DNA of 57,056 bases, filler included, from Sphacelaria rigidula (Eukaryota), in NCBI GenBank assembly GCA_964200075.2. It is 4 parts of 4 records of this genome, joined end to end, with 100 filler letters (N's around TTAATTAATTAA, not from the genome) between each part and the next. Parts side by side here need not be neighbours in the genome. Positions count along the whole stretch, not along the records: positions 42,869 to 57,056 come from CAXNAA020002403.1; 3 more parts are not named here. One strand, given 5' to 3'. Under the pieces are notes generated by a model. The model saw nothing but the letters and a program-made list of their open reading frames with translations, did not search any database and was not told the DNA's origin. The translations under genes and the position numbers were made by a program. This document shows, one piece after another, positions 48,801 through 57,056 of the stretch (positions within the stretch are counted from its first letter, which is position 1; each line of letters begins with the position of its first letter).

Positions 48801-51775
48801 GTCCCACAGTGCCGTGGGTAGAAAGAGGTCGGCTGAAGAAGTGGACGGGAGTGCGGGAGGGGATGGGGGCAGGGATCCGGAAATCGAAGTGCCGCCTCCG
48901 AATGTGTCGGCGAAACTTTGGGACGTGTTGACGTCGTCGTTCAACCGTTCGCAGATGCTGGCTATTCGGAAGGTAGCGGAGGGGTCGCCGTCCGGCTTCA
49001 CGCTCTTGCAGGTATACACGGTTAGGTTACGGTAAAAGGTGCAAGGCTTCCTAACGCTTTGAAGCCTTCTTTCAACTTCTCCATGTGACGAGTATGTCGG
49101 TATCGCTTTCGCTGCTTTGTGGAGTGGATTGTGATGTTCCCTACGTATCGCTCATGGTGTTGCGTTCCGCCGGAAGGGGCTGGCTATTGTAATGGTTTAC
49201 ATCAGGAGAAACTGGTGGCAAGGCGTCCCTCATTTGAATTAAACCAGTGTCGGGTTTGCAGTTATCCGAACCTCTCGTACCAAACATGTGTGGTTCACTA
49301 GTTATGTAGATTTGTTTGTTGACTACAGAAAAATTCCAGCTACTTCACAGCTCCCTGCTGTATGAGTGTAATTTGTCTAGCACTTTTGACTCAGAATCAC
49401 AGGCTACTCTTGTAGTTGCCAGCAGGGTGGCCTCTCTCGATCACGCGGTACCTTGATGCGTAGGTGACTTTACGCTAGCATTGCGACCCGTCCCGTTCCA
49501 TTATGTCTGTTGTGTGTGCTGGGGTCGTGTCGGGATAAGAAAGCCACATGCACGTGGTCGTATACCTGCAGCCTGACGCGTCTACAAGGGCATGAACAGC
49601 ACTACAGATGAACGGGCACAGGGCCAATGGGCACATTACACTGCCTTCCTGACTTTCGCTGCCGCTCAGGAATACCATAGGTGCTTTAACCACCATACAC
49701 GAATCCTTGTCGGCATTATTGCCGACCTTGACAGCTGCTTCAAATGCTGAATGCTGCACATTGCGCCTTATGTTTCGTAACCGCTATTTAGAGACACCGC
49801 CCTTACGTTGAGCCTGTGCGGTTCGTGTGAGATTCTACTGTACGCACTTTATACACCTTCAAATCGTACCCGTCGCCCCCTGTTCCCCACGCAACGCCTA
49901 CACCCGGCTTGCTCAGGGTCCCCCCGGAACAGGGAAAACCCGGACAATTATGGGCATCGTTGGAGTGCTGCTGGGAGGCGGCTGTCCTTATCCCACGTGG
50001 TACAGTGGCGGAAGCGCTACTGCATCCAGCATCGTGATCGGCTCGTCCCTCAGCGGGAATACCTTGGGCTCACGAACGGCAAAAAAGCAGAAGGCGGGAA
50101 AAGGGCAGGGGCAGCAGGCCGGTGCCAGGATACCCGCACCCAACAAGTTCAAGCGTGTGCGGGTGCTGGTGGTCGCTCCCTCCAATGCTGCTTGCGATGA
50201 GCTAGTGCTTCGGTTGTGCCAAGTAGGGGTGCCCGGTGCAGACGGCAGACGCTTCTTCCCGAAGGTAGCAAGGATTGGAGGCCCGAGGTTCCAGAATGAG
50301 GACGGTGAAGGAGGTGGTTCGGACGGGAGAGATAGGGGCAGGGGTGGAGGGAGAGATTCTATTTCGCCGGAAGTTGAGGTAAATGAGTTTCGGTAGTTCG
50401 TGTGCAGTGTCCGCAATATTTTGGAACTTGTGTACATATCTACTGGTGGTGCCGACGTGTTTTGTGCGTGGTACCACCTCCTTCGCCTGGTGCTGGTGCT
50501 CGAGGGGTGCTCGCTTTGTGTAGCCCGAGCCACCGTGCAAGGTGTACGAAGGTGTGTGAACGTTTAGGGTGAATCGGAATGAAATGGCAAAACTACCGAA
50601 ATAATATCAGAGTGTTTCGAAATTCGATATCCTGCGACAAATATGTTACCCGTGCAGGCCATCATCGTGGTCAGGCGCGATTGTGTAGCTATTGACGGGC
50701 GACGTGATGGTGTTTTACTTGAACTGCCGAGAAACTTGTAGATATTGAGCAACCTGGAAGACTGCTGGTAGTGTGGTGTGTGCCATGGCACACACCTGTG
50801 ATCAGCGTGGCGTTGCGTGTTTTCACGGGGTCGTGCTTCGACTCTCCCGTGGGAATATGTAACATGATTATGTATCTGGTGATGTTGGTTGCTGACGGGC
50901 ACGTGGAGGGGCACGCTGCGAGTCATACGCTACATGACAATGCCGTGAGTTGTGTACGGAGGATGCTGTTGAGGACCATGGATCTTTCTGCTAAGGTTGG
51001 TCCTAACAACTTTGCATCTTCCATGTTTTCCAGGCAATGTCGCTCGACCGGCTGACGGAACTACGGAAAAGGACGCACGGTGGAAATTTGCAGGTATCGT
51101 CCATGGGTGATTTTATCCGCTAAAATTTATGCTTGTACCGGGGTCTTGTAACACGCGGGGGTGCGTGTATGATTGCGTGTCACGCTACGCTTATCCGCAG
51201 TACTCGAGCGCCAAAAATACCAATGGTGCCAGTTAGGACGTTACCGATGGGGGTGCTACCTTCCGAGGGAAGCTATGGTGTCAACTGCCGCACCACTGCT
51301 ATCGCTGTGGTTCGAAAGGTAACCTAGCCACTGTAAAACCGCGTACCTTTGCAGAACTATCCTTCCTCGCCGGTGTTGGTCTGCAGCGAGACGTTCACCG
51401 CCAATTTTGGGCCGCCCACAGCCATACCCCTTATGTCACTGCTGCATGCCGATATACTCACGTCTTGGTATCGATGACTTTGTCTTGCGTGATGGGTGTG
51501 CAGTCCAATCGCCTCGCCATTCTGCTCGAAGCGGACGTGGTATGCGCGACGTTGAGTGGTAGTGGATCGCAAGCTCTCGTGGAGACCGTGCTGTTGAGCG
51601 CAGAAGCTAGCGGTGCGGGCGGGAAGGAGAAGAAGGGCAAGAAAAAGGGCAAAGGTGCTGTGTCGCAAGGCAAAAAAAAGCCCCAGGAGTCGCTGGAGTT
51701 TGATGCTGTGGTGATGGACGAAGCTGCTCAGGCCGTCGAACCGTCGTCGTTGGTGCCGCTGAGCTTGAATCCCAG
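45413..51775 (+). CDS. SEN1: Sen1/senataxin-like SF1 (Upf1-like family) helicase, partial. Exons 45413-46360, 46744-46967, 47468-47620, 48220-49011, 49917-50378, 51034-51093, 51504-51775
   Basis: The exons are phase-consistent and encode FYVALLRW, VPTEFIDMVEYQTLF, REFQAV, FNRSQMLAI (Q motif), FTLLQGPPGTGKT (motif I), VLVVAPSNAACDELVLRL (Ia), ADVVCATLSGSG and FDAVVMDEAAQAVEPSSLVPL (II). Neither the start nor motifs III-VI were found in the contig. The symbol is family-level and orthology is untested. Confidence 0.88.
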
Positions 51776-52879
51776 GCGAGCATGTGTTACTCTTCCGCAT
51801 TAGCATTTTTATTAAATGGCTTCGTGCAGACAAGTGTCATTTTGCAATGTACCAGAGCGCAACAATTCCCCCAACTGCGACGCACCGTAGCACAGCTTTT
51901 CCTACAGGAACTTTCTCTGTGATCAACCATACCCCAGGCTTTTCTCCCGCTTTTTTCTATGGACTAACAGGAAGTTGTCCATTTTGCTTTGAGCCCCTCT
52001 CTATTCTCCGTTTCGCCCGTCGGCACCTCTCTCTTTGATGACCATACCTATCGCTCTATATCACTCTCGTTCCCTCCTTCCTTGTGGCTGCCTCTCTTAT
52101 CACTCCACCACTACCCAACTCGCCTCCTTTCTGCAGCATTTTCTTTTGTTGAACCTCACCGTGTACCGCGTTGTGGTGCGAACGTGCCCCGTGCGCCCGT
52201 GGGTAGTGTGCTATGACAACCAAGTAGAAGCCAGTATGAAAATCCGCGGGCGGACTGCTGCTGGCAAGTATTCACTATTCGCTCAAAATGGTTAGTTACT
52301 CAAAACGTCACCACGCTGGGATATTTATATTCATTGCTATGCCGAGATCGCTCTTCTCGCTGAGCGTTGCGGCGTTAGTCGCATTACCATCATCCTTGCA
52401 TATCACCGCTGATGAACACACCTTGACGAAGATACAAAGATCACTCCGGCGGGGCGCTCAACGGCATGGCTTGATGTCTTCGGGTACCTGCTGCAAATAT
52501 GCTATTTTCTTGCCTCGAGACTGTCCGTTTGGAGCCGCACGGATTGACTTGTTCCCGAATGTATTTCACTACCGTAGGATTATCCACAGTAACATCATGG
52601 CAGTTGATTGCACATACCGGTATTTTTCTCCACAGATTGGGGGGGGCAAACTGTTCGAGAGACTTTGTCGCTTCTCGGCTTTTCCGTATTCGGATTACCA
52701 TGGTTGGCGGAAGTGCACGACGCCGGGCACGTTGACAACGATTCCGTCTGCACTCATTTCCGCCGACTATATTTGCTGTGCCGCTGAGTATGGCTGTATG
52801 TTGAGATTCATTCATATATCCCATCTCATCCGCGGTACTGATGATTGAATTGCAAATTATGTAAGCCGCCATGCCACGG

Positions 52880-53890
52880 CCGTTCGATGACCTGATGGTA
52901 GCGACACTGGGTCATACGTTAAATCGACTTCAATTTCACCTGAGAAAGGCATGCATGACCCAGATGGGCTACCCTTGCGGTCAAAGTATTTACCCAATAG
53001 TTGACCGCCACCGTACATGGGACATTCGTTGAATCGGCATCAGATCCACTTGAAAAATTAAAAACATGACCCAGGATGAAGTACCCTCGCGGCCAAACGG
53101 TTGACCCGTTGAAGGCGAGAGTAGGTCGTCTGTTGAATCAGTATCACTTTTACCCGGGAAAGGTGTGCATGATGCAGATGGACTACCCGTTAGCCCTTTG
53201 ACCGCGAGCGTAGGTGATCTGTTAGAGCCGCGCCAGTCAAATTGTTTTTCAGGTGTAGATGATGCCGATTCAATAGATCGCCTACGCTTGCGGTCTAAGG
53301 GTTAACCCTCTGACCTCTAGGGTAGGCCTCTGCATCATTGAACTTTCCGTATTAGTAATACGACACATGTACCAGCACAATATACACACATGGATATGTG
53401 AGCGGACCGAACAACCGTTGGTGGTTGTGCTATCGGGGGTAGTACAGGAGTCGTACAGTAAGATGAAGGAAGCAGTACTACAGTACACGCGTAGGTGCAG
53501 AACACAACATTGTAGTGGTGTACTTTAATCAAACATCCAACTGCCAAATAATGAAATTTGTCGCGTTGAGTCAAATGATGTAAATCATCAATCATTTTTT
53601 GCGTCACGGAGGGCAAATCACGAAAGGTGAAAAATGTCGAAACACCCCGAAGCAGCTGTGATTTGGTGCCGAACACAAGGGGGTATACCTGTCGATATAC
53701 GACGAGTTCAGCCACGCACCATAGCTTGAACAAAATCCCTGATCCCCTTGACTGCGAGGGTAGGTCATCTGGCTATGCAGTCATGTTCGGAGTAAAATTT
53801 ATGCTGATCAAACAGATGACCCATGCTCGCGGTCAAAGAGTCAATATGGGCAACAGTTATAGTAAATCGATCCACTGTTGCCCGCCTTGA
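52880..53890. repeat. Intronic repeat of ~100-bp units (GATGACCCAGATGG.CTACCC.CGCGGTCAAA) in both orientations
   Basis: Units lie at ~52950, 53065 and 53165, with inverted copies at 53740-53845. Related to 9700-9960. Confidence 0.55.
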
Positions 53891-56800
53891 CTACATCTAG
53901 CGTGACTATCTGTTTGAAGATTATGCGAATGCTGTGCGAGATTTCTGCTTGGTGGGGTTGTTTTCTCCCCTCTCACACATTTTTCGCCGTTTGTTTGGAT
54001 GTTGGGTGCTATTGCGGTATGTGCACCGTGTTTCGGCACTGAAAGATCAGTCGTGATACAAGAACTACCAGTCATATGTAGTTGCTGCGCAGCAAAAATG
54101 GATCAAGGAATCGTCGCGCGATAATTCAGGTTAAAGTTCATCAGGGGTATGCTTACAACTTTTATGAACAAACGTGGTGCTGATAAATAATTTGTTTGGC
54201 GATTCAGCGCCAATTTTTCGCGAAGTACAACAGTAGTAGTTCGAGGCTTTGCGGATTGTGCTACCTCGGAAAGTCTTGCTGTATTTTCCCGAGAATATTC
54301 CAGCGCCTTTTTCGACCTCTTCGTACGCTCATCATGGCTTTCGGCCGGATGAATAAATTGTCAAACGGGAAACAACCCACAAAAACCTTCGAGATCTCTT
54401 ACAGAGAAGTTATTTTTGTCGCGTGAGAAACCGTTTTGGTGGACTGTTTGACAAACTATTTATCAGGCCAAACGTCAAACCGGGCGCACGAAATTTCAGA
54501 AACGTGCGCTATTAAAGTAGAACCTTCCCCGAGAGTACCCCAGCAATTCTTTGTGAGGTGGCACAACCCGCCGAACCACGTATCCCGACGAAAGTCGGCA
54601 CTGAATGGCCAAAATGGGCTTTGTGCAGATATTTTTCGTTGTACAACAGCAAGCGGCTTCACACAATTCACCCATCCCTTGTCCCCATGCCAAGTACCGA
54701 CCCCGCAAAATGAACAAGATAATGTTGTCTGCACGTGTATGGCGCTCCAAACTACAGTCAATATCTTTGTCGTGACTTCCCTGTGAAGCGAGGAGGCAGT
54801 CGGAAAGCCAACGGCGTCATCGACCGGTAACTATGTACTGTAAACCTGCTTCATCAATATTTTTCTATAACAGCAGCGATGATCGCCCGAGGTCGGCGAC
54901 CGCACTCGATCCTAACAGCACAACCGCCGGTGCCGACACATACACACCGTCTGAGGAGGCTGTACGAAGGGTAATCGGGGGCTGTTCAGACAGTAGCTTA
55001 CTCTATCGTTCGGTGCGGTGCCGATATGTTGCATGCAGTGGATGCGCTAGCGATTCATGTCTCCAAACATACGGCAAAATCGATATCTGTTGTAACCGCG
55101 CCGCGGCATCTTTGTGCTGTTCCGCCCTCCGTTGAGCGGTCTGATTGGCTATACAAATCAATGTACTTTCGATGACTTTTTGAATCGCGAGGCGATATGC
55201 CGGCCATGACTACAAAAAATAAGGACCCTATACTTGAATCAAGTTGCGTACTTCAATGGACAGGTACCCTATGGGCGCGGAGCCCCGCTGGCAGGTAACT
55301 TTGTCACTGTGTCGTGTTCATTTTTTTCACGGGAAGATTTTCTTATTTCGCTTGCGCGGGAAGCTGTGCGATCGCCAACCTGTGCGATTGCCAACCTGCA
55401 CACATCTTATGTATAGGATCCCATTTTTTTATTTGATTTTCGAATTGATCTCCGAATCATTTGTCTTCAGTTCCCAACACTCCATACTATCCTTCGCCTT
55501 GGAATCGCTCAATTTGGGCGGTGGTGCGATTCGCCAATAACGTTGTAACAGTTATAGCGAATTTGCGTGAAATCGCTTTCCGGCAGACAAGTGCCATGTT
55601 ACTGTCGAGCTTTAGCAGACTTGTATCCCGCCTTTACTTGATTTTAGAGCACTATCAATCGTTTTTGCCGCCGTTTTCTTTTCCTGCAGACATATGTCAT
55701 TTCGCCCCACGAAGGCCACACGACACTGCATCATGTATTTACGTGGTTTTAGAGTACGATTATTTTGGTGTCATTTTTCTCCGACGCTCTCGGAAGTCAG
55801 CTTTTTTTTGTTCTGGTCCAGTCTTTGTCGCTGATCCTCTCCTCTCTAGCAATGCGCTACCTTTAGGTTGCGTGAGTTTGGAGCACATTCGCCTCCCGCA
55901 CTGTGTTTTGAATGGTTTTCCTGTGCTTTTGAACTTTAGAGTTTTGCATGGTTTCCCTGAGCGCCTCAACGGACCGTTCGAGTACATGGCGTGGCTGCAT
56001 TTGGAATCGGTATCATTTTCACTTGTTTGTAATAAACGATCATGTTCATGGGGAGGTACAACAAAACGACATAGTGGTGTGATTCAATCGGCGTGTCATC
56101 TCGACTAAGGACAGTTGACTCGGGGCAGAGCTTGATCACCTCGAGCGTGTTTTTATGCGCGAGTCGATCGTCGTGCCATCTCGACACAGCACAGGTTACT
56201 CTCGAGGCAGGGCTTCAACACATCGGTAGAAGGAATTTGAATCGTTCGGGTTTTCACATTTTTGAATCAGGATCATTCTCACTTGAGCAAGTGAACAGTG
56301 CACGCCACAGAAAAGCGACAGCTTCACAGCCAGCGTGTAGTAGGGTAGTATCAGTATTGTCGACTGACTCCATTGTTGCTGGAACGCTCTCGTGCACCGT
56401 CCTGACTAACACTACGTACGTACTGGCGTAGCGTAGCAAAGCCTGGATCACATTAAACCTGTGCTGCATCTGGGAATTGCTGCTGGTAGGCTCGCTGCTG
56501 AGTCGGAGGATGTTGAATGATATGGAATGGGGGCATGCATGATACCCACATGGATCCTCGGCGTTGGTACCGCTCCAAGGCTTGCGCTTGTGCCCGGCTG
56601 CCAACGTCCGGCCTGGTCGGGTGGCGGTCGAGTGTTCATTTGCTACGGCAGTTCACCCGTGCTGCTGCGCAAGTAGCGTAAGACGCTGCCACTTGATCAA
56701 GAGGAAGGTGTCAACTAACTCTTCACTTCTCCTTTGAGAGCACGAGCTAGTGGTCCACGTCGAGTATATGAGAAACCTAAGAATGAGTGGTGTCATGGGG

Positions 56801-57000
56801 TGGCGCTTTTCGTGGACGACTGCTCGGGGTGTACTGTGTAGGCAGCTAGGTGCAACGATATTTCTTGCTTCGACCTGCAAGAAACAAAAAGTAGACTGTG
56901 TCGCATTTTTGCAACTCCAAATCCTTCCACGCGAATGCTGAAGAGATAAATTTGGTCCTTGCTCGCTGACACCCAACTGGACGGGAAACCTATCCCTTGC

Positions 57001-57010
57001 ATTATGATTA

Positions 57011-57056
<46 letters not shown>
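57001..57056 (+). repeat. (ATT)n microsatellite at the contig end
   Basis: Read directly from the sequence. Confidence 0.95.

Overview
This is eukaryotic, intron- and transposon-rich DNA, most likely from a brown alga or related stramenopile. That assignment is inferred from the splice signals, the TE families and the gene types. The window is not one locus. Three identical 100-bp spacers (N-run/TTAATTAATTAA/N-run) join four pieces of 14191, 14189, 14188 and 14188 bp, the pattern of size-sorted contigs concatenated into a pseudo-scaffold. Contig 1 (1-14191) holds a multi-exon putative sulfotransferase-like gene (GLEGSGHH motif), several MITEs, a tRNA-headed SINE-like element, a LINE 3' relic and a Gypsy RT relic. 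Contig 2 (14292-28480) is almost all TE: a Gypsy integrase relic, a 1.5-kb long-TIR element inside a ~60-bp minisatellite, an RTE-like LINE cut by a chromodomain Gypsy element, and a hAT-like MITE. That Gypsy element has lost its RT core and RNase H core by two in-frame deletions. Contig 3 (28581-42768) has two more Gypsy copies, a Copia gag-protease relic and one orphan exon. Contig 4 (42869-57056) has a hAT-like non-autonomous element and seven exons of a Sen1/senataxin-like SF1 helicase that runs off the contig. I found no CRISPR array, rRNA or prokaryotic system, and I cannot support a claim of a new biological system. The best leads are the in-frame RT/RNase-H-deleted chromovirus, an intron bounded by a direct repeat, Sola-like MITEs with 4-bp TSDs and the sulfotransferase candidate.
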